This document shows, piece after piece, positions 30,663 through 40,427 of a stretch of DNA of 64,000 nucleotides; the stretch's first letter is position 1; every line of letters starts with the position of its first letter. Under the pieces are notes generated by a model that saw nothing but the letters and a program-made list of their open reading frames with translations, was not told the DNA's origin and did no database searches. The translations under genes were made by a program, and so were the position numbers. The DNA is from an uncultured Thermoplasmatales archaeon (GTDB lineage Archaea > Thermoplasmatota > E2 > DHVEG-1), in the NCBI GenBank assembly GCA_964347865.1, contig CAYGAC010000017.1, positions 4 through 64,003 on the forward strand. Reading direction: 5' to 3'.

Positions 30663-31052
30663 TTGCCAGATAAAAAAATAAGGATTTTAATCGCAAAACC
30701 TGGTTTAGATGGGCATGATCGTGGTGTGAAAGTTGTAGCTCAGCTATTACGAGATGCAGGTATGGAGGTTATATATACTGGTCTGCACCAGACCGTCAAA
30801 CAAATCATAGAGACAGCCATCCAAGAGGACGTTAATGTTATTGGATTAAGTATTCTCTCAGGTGCGCATTATCCAATAACTGAGAAATTAATGAAGCGCT
30901 TGAAGGAAAATGCTATGGACGATATTGTAATAATTGTGGGAGGTAATATCCCGAAGCGGGATATCAATGGTCTTCGGGCTTTGGGTGTAAGAGGGGTATT
31001 TCCAACAGGTTCTAAGTTTGAAGATATTATAGATTTTATTAAAAAAATGTGA
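30663..31052 (+). CDS. methylmalonyl-CoA mutase B12-binding small subunit
   Basis: IRILIAKPGLDGHDRGVKVVAQLLRDAGMEVIYTG (DxHxxG cobalamin-binding motif). Confidence 0.75.
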   Translation: MPDKKIRILIAKPGLDGHDRGVKVVAQLLRDAGMEVIYTGLHQTVKQIIETAIQEDVNVIGLSILSGAHYPITEKLMKRLKENAMDDIVIIVGGNIPKRDINGLRALGVRGVFPTGSKFEDIIDFIKKM

Positions 31053-31061
31053 GGTAAGACT

Positions 31062-32672
31062 GTGAAAAACACCAAACAAAAAGAAAAAGAAGTAATTCTT
31101 GAGTCAGGAATTAAAGTCAAACCTGTTTATACACTAGAGGATGTTAAAGACATTGATTACACCAAAGATGTTCAGGATCCTGGAGAATATCCATATACAA
31201 GAGGCATTCATCCCTATATGTATCGCGCTCGACCTTGGACCATGCGACAGTATTCTGGTTTTGCTACAGCCAGAGAAACCAACAAGCGATTCAAATATTT
31301 GATAGAACACGGACAAACAGGTTTAAACGTTGCATTTGACCTACCCACTCAGATGGGGTTAGATTCTGATGATGCACGCGCTGAGGGAGAGGTTGGTAGG
31401 GTTGGAATGGCTGTTGATACTCTTAAGGATATGGAATATGCTTTTGAGGGTATACCCATTGATAAAATCAGTACCTCTCTCACCATAAACTCCACTGCTG
31501 CTATACTTTTGGCGATGTATATTGTTGTTGCTGAGAAACAGGGTCTCAGCCTAGATCAAATAAGGGGTACTGCCCAAAACGATATCCTCAAGGAGTATAT
31601 CGGACGAGGCACTTGGATCTTTCCAGTGGAGCCTTCTCTTAGATTGATAACAGACACCATTGAGTACTGTGCAAGACATATACCTAAGTATTATCCAGTG
31701 AGCGTCTGTGGGTATCATATCCGTGAGTCTGGTGCAAATCCTGTTCAAGAGATTGCATATGCTTTTTCTATTGCTAAAGCCTATATTCAACGTGTGCTTT
31801 CTCGTGGAATTGATGCAAACGACTTCATCTCTCGAATCTCCTTTAATTTTGATATACATGGTAACTTTTTTGAGCAGATAGCCAAATTCAGAGCGGCAAG
31901 AAGACTCTGGGCAAAGATCGTTAAGAGCGAATTTGGTGCTACAAATCCCAAGGCAATGATGATGAAGATGATTGCTGGTGGGGGTGGTGGTGGACTTACC
32001 ATCGAGCAGCCGGAAAACAATATTGTTCGTGGTGCCTACTATGCCTTGATCTCTGCCCTTAGTGGCACACAAACCATGGCATTATGCTCATACGACGAAG
32101 CATATACAATTCCCTCTGAGAAGGCTGCAATCATCTCATTACGTACTATGCAGATTTTGATAGAAGAAATGGGATTATGCGATACAGCTGATCCTTTAGG
32201 TGGATCATACTATATTGAAGCGCTAACTGATCAACTTGAAGATAAGATTGTGGATTGCATGAACAAGGTAGAAGAACGTGGAGGCATTGTGTCCGCAATT
32301 TCTAAAGGAGAAATTCAAAGAGAAGTTTCTAGGCAGGCCTATCTCTACGAGAAAATGATTCAATCTGGTGAATTAGTGAAAGTGGGCGTGAACAAGTACC
32401 GAATTGAAGAGGAGGAAGAAAGGACCATAGAGTTTCATGAGTACGACCCTTCCGTAGTAGAGCAACAAATAAAGATGCTCAATCAAGTAAAAAGAACTCG
32501 GGATAACAAAGAGGTTTCGAGGAGCCTAGAGAAACTTCGCGCTATGGCCCAAACCGATGAGAACCTGATGCCATACATAATCGATTGCGTAAGAGTCTAT
32601 GCAACAGTAGGCGAAATAACTACAGTGCTTAAGGAAGTCTTTGGAAAATTCGAGGAACCTGTCGGGATTTGA
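31062..32672 (+). CDS. methylmalonyl-CoA mutase catalytic large subunit
   Basis: PYTRGIHPYMYRARPWTMRQYSGFATA...NVAFDLPTQMGLDSD, the typical MCM N-terminal domain. Confidence 0.8.
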   Translation: MKNTKQKEKEVILESGIKVKPVYTLEDVKDIDYTKDVQDPGEYPYTRGIHPYMYRARPWTMRQYSGFATARETNKRFKYLIEHGQTGLNVAFDLPTQMGLDSDDARAEGEVGRVGMAVDTLKDMEYAFEGIPIDKISTSLTINSTAAILLAMYIVVAEKQGLSLDQIRGTAQNDILKEYIGRGTWIFPVEPSLRLITDTIEYCARHIPKYYPVSVCGYHIRESGANPVQEIAYAFSIAKAYIQRVLSRGIDANDFISRISFNFDIHGNFFEQIAKFRAARRLWAKIVKSEFGATNPKAMMMKMIAGGGGGGLTIEQPENNIVRGAYYALISALSGTQTMALCSYDEAYTIPSEKAAIISLRTMQILIEEMGLCDTADPLGGSYYIEALTDQLEDKIVDCMNKVEERGGIVSAISKGEIQREVSRQAYLYEKMIQSGELVKVGVNKYRIEEEEERTIEFHEYDPSVVEQQIKMLNQVKRTRDNKEVSRSLEKLRAMAQTDENLMPYIIDCVRVYATVGEITTVLKEVFGKFEEPVGI

Positions 32673-33031
32673 ACTATTTTATAGTCCTAATCTTTGTAAT
32701 AAAAGTTGTAGTATCGGGAATAGCTTTAGATGTTTCTGTATTGTAATTTCAAGTATGATCGCTAACATCATATAAAATATAAATGAGCTGGATATCCCCC
32801 TTATCCCCATATTTACTTCTCGTTGATACCGATTGAAGACCTCGTTGTCATCCTGCAAACAGTCCATTGTTGAGGGAGGGGCGGTATCATTTGAATGATT
32901 GTCGCGAATAGTGGGAGTTTTCAACACATTAGTACTTTTTTTCCTGTATTAGTTAGATTTATATTCTACTCTCTTTTACAAGTTTCTGGGCTACAGGGCT
33001 TTCTCTGTTTATTTCAGGAGGTTGACAAATT

Positions 33032-34909
33032 ATGGAAATATTAGAAGACAAACCGGGGAAGCAAATCCTACTCTTAGGAAATGAAGCTATAACAAGGGGA
33101 GCACTTGAAGCCGGTATTGATGTTGCGACAACCTATCCAGGAACCCCTTCTTCAGAAATTGCTGATACATTTTCTAAAATTGCAAGGTCATTTACAAAAC
33201 AAAATAAAGATCCTAGTTTTTATTTTGAGTATTCAACAAATGAGAAAGTAGCAATCGAAGTTGCAGCAGCAGCATCCTTCTCTGGCCTACGTTCTCTGAC
33301 TTGTATGAAACATGTTGGACTAAATGTTGCAAGTGATGCATTTATGACCTACCTTTATACGGGTTGTAGAGGAGGCCATATAATAGTATCAGCAGATGAT
33401 GCAAGTTGTCATTCTTCTCAAAACGAGCAAGATAATCGTTACTTCGCACTTTTTGGAGGAGCACCAATGCTTGAACCCTCTACTCCACAGGAAGCAAAAG
33501 AGATGACAAGACTAGGTTTTGAAATATCTGAAGAATTAAAATCTCCAATTCTTTTGAGAACTACTACTCGTGTGAATCATAGTAGAGGTGCAATTGAGTT
33601 AAAGAAACTTCAAAAACCCAGAGGCAAAGGACATTTTGAAAAAAATCCAATGCTTATTACATTTCCTGCTATTGCACGAGCAAGGCATCTTGAACTTTTA
33701 AAAATGCTAGATAAAGCTGAGGAAATTTCTGAAAAATCACCTTTCAATAAAATTGTTAATGTAGGTAAACCAAACGATTGGGGAATAGTTACTTCTGGCG
33801 TGTCTTTTAACTATGTTAAAGAAGTATTAGAAGATCTGAAACTTAATGTAAGAATACTCAAACTTGGTATGACACATCCTTTGCCTAGAAAATTGTGTGA
33901 ACAGTTCATTAAATCCTGTAAAAACATAGTAGTTGTTGAAGAGTTAGAACCAATTCTTGAAAACCAGTTTAAGGTAATTGCACATGATATAGGATCTAAT
34001 GTAAAAATACTTGGAAAATCAACAGGTCATTTCTCTCGTCTTTATGAATATAATCTAGATATTGTAACAGAAGCATTTTCAAAGATTTTCAAGGTCAAAA
34101 ATCCTATTAAAAAACCAGCAGAATCTAAGGTAAAACTACCAAGTCGTCCACCTGCTCTATGCCCAGGTTGTCCACATAGGGCAACATATTATGCTGCAAA
34201 AAAGGCACAGCCTAAAGGAGTTGTTTATCCTACAGATATTGGTTGTTACACTCTTGGTAGATATAAACCACTTGAAATGGCAGATTTACTACTTTGTATG
34301 GGATCTAATGCTGGTACTGCTTGTGGTCTTGCTGTTGCTACAGATCAAAAGATTATCTCTTTTATGGGGGACTCCACTTTTTTCCACGCTGGGATTCCGC
34401 CAATTATTGATGCTGTTCATCATAATCATGATTTAGTTATTACAGTCCTTGATAATAGGACAACTGCTATGACTGGTCATCAGCCTCATCCTGGAAACGT
34501 TTTTGATGGTATGGGGCGACCAGCAAAGCAAATTTTGGTTGAGGATGTGGTAAAAGGTTGTGGTGTTGAACACGTTGAGATTGTAGACCCAAATAATATC
34601 AAAGAAACAACAGAGGCTTTTAAACGGGCACTTAATTTCAAAGGCCCAGCTATTGTTGTAAGTAAATCTCCATGTATTCTTTTAGAAAATGCAGATAAAA
34701 GAAAAAGAAGCGAAGATATCTTTGTTTACAAAATTGATCAAGAAAAATGTGAAAATTGCAAAATCTGCATATCACAGTTTGGTTGTCCATCTTTTTATTA
34801 TGGTGAAGATGAAAGTATCTATATTGATGTGCAACAATGTAATGGCTGTGGTAACTGTGTTGATATCTGTCCTTTTGATGCAATATTTCCTAAAGAGGCA
34901 AAGAAATGA
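33032..34909 (+). CDS. iorA: indolepyruvate:ferredoxin oxidoreductase alpha subunit
   Basis: LLLGNEAITRGALEAGIDVATTYPGTPSSEI N-terminus, TPP-binding region, C-terminal 2x[4Fe-4S] motifs. Confidence 0.8.
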   Translation: MEILEDKPGKQILLLGNEAITRGALEAGIDVATTYPGTPSSEIADTFSKIARSFTKQNKDPSFYFEYSTNEKVAIEVAAAASFSGLRSLTCMKHVGLNVASDAFMTYLYTGCRGGHIIVSADDASCHSSQNEQDNRYFALFGGAPMLEPSTPQEAKEMTRLGFEISEELKSPILLRTTTRVNHSRGAIELKKLQKPRGKGHFEKNPMLITFPAIARARHLELLKMLDKAEEISEKSPFNKIVNVGKPNDWGIVTSGVSFNYVKEVLEDLKLNVRILKLGMTHPLPRKLCEQFIKSCKNIVVVEELEPILENQFKVIAHDIGSNVKILGKSTGHFSRLYEYNLDIVTEAFSKIFKVKNPIKKPAESKVKLPSRPPALCPGCPHRATYYAAKKAQPKGVVYPTDIGCYTLGRYKPLEMADLLLCMGSNAGTACGLAVATDQKIISFMGDSTFFHAGIPPIIDAVHHNHDLVITVLDNRTTAMTGHQPHPGNVFDGMGRPAKQILVEDVVKGCGVEHVEIVDPNNIKETTEAFKRALNFKGPAIVVSKSPCILLENADKRKRSEDIFVYKIDQEKCENCKICISQFGCPSFYYGEDESIYIDVQQCNGCGNCVDICPFDAIFPKEAKK

Positions 34910-35496
34910 AAGACAAGATAAGCATAGTTTTAACTGGTGTAGGTGGGCATGGCATTATCACTTCTGCAAATATTCTTGGAAAAGCAGCTTTGAAGGCAAA
35001 GGTAAATGTTTTTGTCTCTGAAGTTCATGGTATGGCACAATGTGGGGGGTCTGTTAATTGTGCTATTAGAATGGGCAATGTATCTAGCGCTTTAGTTGCC
35101 ACTGGAACAGCAGATGCAATAATTAGCACAGAACCCGTAGAAGCATTACGTTATATTCAATATTCAAACAAAAACACTAAGATTATAACTGATATCACTC
35201 CAGTAATACCTTTTACTGTCTCAGTAGGTATGGAGAAATATCCAGATATCAAACAAGTTTTAAAAGAACTGAACAAATACGGTAAATTGTACAAAATTGA
35301 TGCTGTGAAAATAGCTAAAGATGCAGGTGCCCTTATAACAAGAAATATATTTATGCTAGGTGCACTGGCAGCAGCAGGTGTTCTACCATTTAAATCTGAA
35401 ATTCTCTTAGAAACAATTCTTGAAAATGTCCCTGCAAAATTTAGAGATATGAACAAAAAAGCTTTTGAGTCTGGTTTAAAGGCAATCAAGGAATAA
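34906..35496 (+). CDS. iorB: indolepyruvate:ferredoxin oxidoreductase beta subunit
   Basis: ISIVLTGVGGHGIITSANILGKAA...VSEVHGMAQCGGSV; translationally coupled to iorA. Confidence 0.75.
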   Translation: MKDKISIVLTGVGGHGIITSANILGKAALKAKVNVFVSEVHGMAQCGGSVNCAIRMGNVSSALVATGTADAIISTEPVEALRYIQYSNKNTKIITDITPVIPFTVSVGMEKYPDIKQVLKELNKYGKLYKIDAVKIAKDAGALITRNIFMLGALAAAGVLPFKSEILLETILENVPAKFRDMNKKAFESGLKAIKE

Positions 35497-35649
35497 TAAT
35501 TAAAAATTTTTACCTACTAAATTGATTATTTAGTAAAATTCAATATTATTAAAGATATTGCTATCTTTATCTGGTTAACCATAGTAGGGAGAAAGGATGA
35601 GGAGAGCAAAAAGAGGTTTGAAATTCAAGAGGTTACAAGATTTCATTCA

Positions 35650-35945
35650 GAAACATCCTATCTTATTTATTCTATTGATAGCGGCAGTTCTTTACATTTT
35701 TTGATATGGATGCCATTTGGTCTACCAGCTTTCTTATATATTTCTATAAGCTCCTTTGGAATATCTATCCATGTTTGTTCTGAAAATTCTTGTCATAAAC
35801 ATTCTCCTATAATCAAATTTGGTAAATTTTTAGCTTGCTCTCCTTGTGGTGGAGGTAAGAGTTCCAGATTCTTTTTAAGATCTGGTAAAATATTATACCA
35901 TCTCTTTGGTAATTCATTAGGTAGAAGATTTACTTGATTTTCCAT
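35650..35945 (-). pseudogene. 5' remnant of a TrpB2-like PLP enzyme gene (in-frame TGA, then decay)
   Basis: Minus-strand translation gives MENQVNLLPNELPKRWYNILPDLKKNLELLPPPQGEQ...stop...QTWIDIPKELIEIYKKAGRP. The WYNILPDL / PPP / IP.E..E.Y...GRP blocks match TrpB2 N-termini. The rest of the gene is absent because iorB ends at 35496. Confidence 0.4.
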
Positions 35946-36155
35946 TTTTTCCCCCAGAAATTAAATTTTACTTTCTTCTCACAAAAAATGAGATATTATA
36001 TTATATTTTTAAATTAAATACAATCTCATTTTCAAAACCAGTAATATAAATCCTCATTTAAATATTCTGAATTTTAAAATCAAATAAGGTTTAATCAATT
36101 TGTATATATCAATAAAAGTAATTATAGGTATATTATTGAGTTAAATTAAAATTGG

Positions 36156-36515
36156 ATGGATATAAATACAAAAAAAGAATATATAGATTTAGTGGTTATA
36201 AGAGAAGTAAACGCAAAATCAATTTTGCGTAAACATAAAAAAATAGATTCATGGTTTTTAACAAATTATAGCATGAATTTATATCGTGGTTGTGCTCACA
36301 ACTGTGTTTATTGTGATGGTCGTTCTGAAAAATATCAAGTAGATGGTGAGTTTGGCAGAGATGTTATTGTAAAAATCAATGCAATAGACCTACTGCACAA
36401 GGAAATTAATCGAAATAATAAAAAAATGCTTTTGAAACTTGGATTTATCGGTTTAGGTGGCGGGGTTGGTGATAGCTATCAAAAATTTAATGGGGTGTTA
36501 TTTTCATATTTTTAG
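36156..36515 (+). pseudogene. truncated radical-SAM (spore-photoproduct-lyase/DNA-photolyase-like) N-terminal fragment
   Basis: NLYRGCAHNCVYCDGR carries the CxxxCxxC radical-SAM cluster in the SplB-like context. It is only 119 aa versus >300 for the family. Confidence 0.45.
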
Positions 36516-36718
36516 TTAAAAAATTGTAAAAACGTCACGTTTATATAAGTGCAATAAATAACGCGGGTTAATGATTAACATGATTTAACACATTATTCAA
36601 TTCTTTCAAAAACTATTTCTTTTTTTAATAGGTGTCAAATAATTTAAAAGTATCCTCAATAACAACTTATTTGTTACAACACTTTTTAACCAACAGCACG
36701 TTATATAGTATCTATATG

Positions 36719-36857
36719 TGTAATGTCAAGTGACATGGGTAACATTTTCCTAAGGAGAAAAAATGTTACCTTTTTGGATAATTATAGAGATTCATTACTG
36801 TTTTTTGGCAAGTCACACTTATACAACTGATGTTACCGATCTAAGTTGACATTACAA
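36719..36857. repeat. ~28-bp imperfect inverted repeat pair bracketing ~90 bp (MITE-like or cruciform)
   Basis: Left arm TGTAATGTCAAgtgacatGGGTAACAT, right arm ATGTTACCgatctaagTTGACATTACA. Confidence 0.45.
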
Positions 36858-36935
36858 TACGTAAAATTATTTAACCACCAAATCCTAAAACATTTCAATA
36901 AATCTCTAGGATAAATATACAAAAATGGTTATTAC

Positions 36936-37247
36936 ATGGTGAAAATATCATACACTGGATTGTGGATTAGGGATCACCTCAGTGAAGTGGGGGAAGATTA
37001 TATCCAGCATATGTCTACAGCATATCGAAAGGAGCTAAAACAAAGTAAAAAAGTTGTTAGCTCATATCATCAGTTTTGCAAATTGATCTATGTACTTAAG
37101 AGCATTGGTCTTATCGAGTTTGTCCGTGAGGAACCTGCCAACAAAAGATGGCTTAAGCCTCGGAAATATTATAGAATAAAACCTGGTAAAGAAGAAAGCG
37201 TGAAATGGAATAATCCACAAAAGCACTATGTGCCTAAAACTACGTAG
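36936..37247 (+). CDS. small basic protein, possible winged-helix DNA-binding
   Basis: ORF track; basic C-terminus; no strong motif. Confidence 0.25.
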   Translation: MVKISYTGLWIRDHLSEVGEDYIQHMSTAYRKELKQSKKVVSSYHQFCKLIYVLKSIGLIEFVREEPANKRWLKPRKYYRIKPGKEESVKWNNPQKHYVPKTT

Positions 37248-37461
37248 GCTTTTTTAGTTTGATAAATGAGCAATTTTCCACATTATATGAATGATAAACA
37301 ATTAGTGATAGAATTTTTAATCGTAGAAGCCGTTTTAAAAAATAATTTATAATTTTTAATTTTACTATTAATCTTTTTATAATTAAATTATAATCAGTTT
37401 TTTTGTATATCTTATTGAAAATAAACAAAATCATAAAAGAGCGTCATCTTTTATATTTTTA

Positions 37462-37487
37462 TTTCGGTTTATACCATTAACCGAAAT
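37462..37487. repeat. hairpin repeat copy E (TTTCGGTT-tataccat-TAACCGAAA)
   Basis: Member of a dispersed palindromic family sharing the stem TTCGGTT/AACCGAA. Confidence 0.5.
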
Positions 37488-37605
37488 ATATTTTTATAGA
37501 TAGAATTTTGGTAAATTTTAAAAAAATTTTTTGTAAATTTTTGATTAACGAAATTATTAAATTCCATTTTTAGATTATATGTTGGGATCAGGAAGGATTT
37601 CAAAT

Positions 37606-37736
37606 CTCATTGTTCGTCACTTTGATTTTTGATTATTCTTTTCTGATCCTATTGTTATTTTACCGTCTTGCTATTTTTACAGCAAAAATTTATATATAAA
37701 CATTTACAAAAAAATAAAATCGTGACGAACAATGAG
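37606..37736. promoter_or_regulatory. 21-bp inverted repeat pair (CTCATTGTTCGTCAC..GATTTT / AAAATCGTGACGAACAATGAG) spanning the promoter and start codon of 37732
   Basis: 15-bp perfect match read directly; the second arm contains the ATG of the downstream ORF. Confidence 0.45.
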
Positions 37737-38091
37737 AAAAAAGACAATTGAAAATAGAAAAATAAAAAATAGGCTGGTAATAAACAACGAATTACCTGAT
37801 CTGGAAATAAAATTTAGAAAATATCTAAAAGAATACCATCCTCATAAGTATCAACAACTATTGGACCTAGAAAAAGAAGAGAAAAAAGAAGTCCACGTTG
37901 TAATCAGTCTTTTTGGTGGTTGTCTCAATGATATAAAGGTTTTTTTCGACATCAAAAAAGCAAGAAAGGAATATAAAAGGCAAATTTTAGAGGCTGGTTT
38001 TACCAGTGTGGAAGAGTACGAAGAGTTGCTGAGAAGTGCCCTTATTGAGAAAGAAGAGCCGCGTTTATGTGAAAATGTAGAGGTGTGTTAG
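37732..38091 (+). CDS. hypothetical protein (first gene of PCNA-containing plus-strand module)
   Basis: Start ATG lies inside a 21-bp inverted repeat; no motif. Confidence 0.3.
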   Translation: MRKKTIENRKIKNRLVINNELPDLEIKFRKYLKEYHPHKYQQLLDLEKEEKKEVHVVISLFGGCLNDIKVFFDIKKARKEYKRQILEAGFTSVEEYEELLRSALIEKEEPRLCENVEVC

Positions 38092-38175
38092 AATGGATAT
38101 CTTGGTATTTGCAGATCGGAACCTTTTAAAGATTGTACATCTAGGAGTCACGTATATGCGGAGGGGTGCATAAAA

Positions 38176-38826
38176 ATGACTAAGAAGGAATTGGAAAATG
38201 ATCATATCTTTATAAGGACCTGGCATGGGGGCCTCGTGGTATTCGATAAAAAAGAGCGTAAAAGCTACAGTATTTTTAACAGCTATGACAGGAATATGAA
38301 TTGTCTCATAGATATGGCTTTGGAGTCGTTTGATGATAAGACCACTAGGGATCAGTTGATAGCAAATATTAAGGCTATCAACGACAAGCATTACCATATA
38401 GCTTTATGCTTTGAAGAGTCAACGGTTAAGAAAATACCCATGAAAATGCTTAATACGGTCGAAGAGTTGCAGCAAAGATTAAAAAGTATACCTGATAAAC
38501 CGGTGAATATTAGGATTACGTCTCCTGATGGTTGGAATACTGTTAACCGGATTAACATTCCACTAATTTTAAAACACAGTGTGGTAAGATGTAGTGGTCA
38601 TTACACGGATGACTATGCCTATGATAATGCGGTTAACTTTGGTAAGGATGCTTCTTCTGACGGCTGTAAGATAGCGATCTTAAATGACATCCAAGGGGAT
38701 GCAGGAAATCATCGGTACATCAAATGCTATTGGGATAACCCTGATAAAGAGTTTATTATCTACTATGGGCAGTGGCTCAGCTACAGAGCAAAACCCTTGG
38801 ACAGCCTTAAAATTATTTTCAAATAA
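38176..38826 (+). CDS. hypothetical protein
   Basis: GGAGGGGTG RBS 6 nt upstream of ATG; no family match. Confidence 0.4.
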   Translation: MTKKELENDHIFIRTWHGGLVVFDKKERKSYSIFNSYDRNMNCLIDMALESFDDKTTRDQLIANIKAINDKHYHIALCFEESTVKKIPMKMLNTVEELQQRLKSIPDKPVNIRITSPDGWNTVNRINIPLILKHSVVRCSGHYTDDYAYDNAVNFGKDASSDGCKIAILNDIQGDAGNHRYIKCYWDNPDKEFIIYYGQWLSYRAKPLDSLKIIFK

Positions 38827-38840
38827 AGAGGGTGGTTTAT

Positions 38841-40130
38841 ATGATTATTAAGCTAAAACAACGGATATTATTGCAAGCTATAGATATACATCGACACTTG
38901 GTAAAAGAGCTCAAAATAGAGTTTCTAAAAAAAGAGATACGTATAAACTCGGTGGACCCAGCACACTATGAAATGGTAATTACTACCATACCCATGTCAG
39001 CATGCGAGAAGTACAACGTAAAGGATAAACTGGACATAGGGATCGATCTAAAAAAACTCAAAGATTTTCTAAGGTTGTTCAAAAAAGACGATGTAATCAC
39101 CTTTGACTATGACTATGATACTAATAGGTTACTCGGTAAACGGGGTTATCTGACACGTGGTCTTGGTCTTTTAGACTTGGCTGGCTGGGACAGTGAAAAA
39201 GTTCCTATACTGGAATTGAAAAATAAACTATCGGTAAATGCTAAGATATTCCACGATGGCTTAAAAGGTGTCATTTCAAATACAAACTATGAAAAAACCT
39301 CTCTCACGGTTGAAAAAGATGCGATTATCCTGGAAAACTATGATGAGGACGAAGGCAACAACAAACAACACCGGTCTGTTGTTATGCAAGACACGGGAGC
39401 TATGAAACTCGATTATTGCAACCCTGGGGATTATACCCTTTTTAGAAGTGATCTCATGATAAAACAGATAAAGGAATACAAGAAATATTTTGAAAGGATA
39501 ACAATTGAAACCAGTCCGAATAACCCGTTACGGATCACTGGGAGTAATGATAATTTACAGGTTGAATACTGGATCGCGCCCATTATAGTAGAAACTGAAG
39601 ACTCAGAACCTGAGCAAAAAACAGAAATTGAAATAGATACAAAAGAATTGAAACTAGAGCCAGAGGTTGAAGAACCAGTGCAGCCAGAGATTTATACATC
39701 TGAAGGTACAAAAGAAGACATTGAACGCACGATCGCGAAAGAGAGACTAGCAAACAAAATACAACAGCTAGAAGAGACAGAGATTGAAAAAAGCATAAAG
39801 CCAGTGGTTGATATGTATGCTGATCGATTGTCAATTCGCAAGCCCAAGGGATTGCCGTATGAAAAACATCAGTGGACCATTGACATGGAAAAAATTAAGA
39901 ATACGTTGGAAAAATCGTTGAATAAAAAGAATAAGAAAGCGCTTTCAAAGATCACAGAATTGCAGGGTTTTGTATTCTTTAAAGTCAACTCTACAAATAA
40001 GATAAAAATTGACAACAATGCGGGTGAAGACATTATCGAACGTTTGTTACCCGAGGGTTTTGTACTCATAGCATGGTACCGCTACCGAACTGATACATGG
40101 ATTGCTCAGACCGTTGAAAAGGTGACATGA
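38841..40130 (+). CDS. divergent PCNA-like sliding-clamp protein with ~180-aa acidic/lysine-rich C-terminal extension
   Basis: Domain 1: IIKLKQRILLQAIDIHRHLVKELKIEFLKKEIRINSVDPAHYEMVITTIP...DIGIDLKKLKDFLRLFKKDDVITF parallels PCNA (fragile-site/LGV.L..L.KIL...D.I.L). Domain 2 ends NDNLQVEYWIAPI, which parallels the PCNA end (VEYKI...YLAPK). The ORF track starts at GTG 38832; ATG 38841 is preceded by GAGGGTGG. Confidence 0.6.
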   Translation: MIIKLKQRILLQAIDIHRHLVKELKIEFLKKEIRINSVDPAHYEMVITTIPMSACEKYNVKDKLDIGIDLKKLKDFLRLFKKDDVITFDYDYDTNRLLGKRGYLTRGLGLLDLAGWDSEKVPILELKNKLSVNAKIFHDGLKGVISNTNYEKTSLTVEKDAIILENYDEDEGNNKQHRSVVMQDTGAMKLDYCNPGDYTLFRSDLMIKQIKEYKKYFERITIETSPNNPLRITGSNDNLQVEYWIAPIIVETEDSEPEQKTEIEIDTKELKLEPEVEEPVQPEIYTSEGTKEDIERTIAKERLANKIQQLEETEIEKSIKPVVDMYADRLSIRKPKGLPYEKHQWTIDMEKIKNTLEKSLNKKNKKALSKITELQGFVFFKVNSTNKIKIDNNAGEDIIERLLPEGFVLIAWYRYRTDTWIAQTVEKVT

Positions 40131-40427
40131 TGTTTACAGGATACAAAGAACGGTATCAGAAATTAAAAAAACAATTGAGAGAATTGGAGGTGAACCATGA
40201 TCATACAATTTGCTAAGGATCTCACAAAAGAGATTCTCAGTATCGGTAAAAAAGCCGTTGATGTGGCATACAATATCGTGAAATAAAAAATGCAGTAGGA
40301 TATGGGCTAAGGGCATAGAGGGCAATTCCCCGTTTATCTATCCCATATTATTTTTTATACTATGCTTTTCTTGGTATTGGAATTATGCCCTCTATGCCAG
40401 AATTTTCATTTTGAATTGTCTGTTTAT

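Noticed and set aside
35701-35937. 78-aa plus ORF
   Set aside because: Antisense to the TrpB2-like remnant, which gives a far better family-consistent translation.
39900-39990. Possible PIP-box (ELQGFVFF) in the PCNA-like C-terminal tail
   Set aside because: Spacing does not fit Qxx[LIM]xx[FY][FY]. A clamp carrying its own PIP motif is also implausible.
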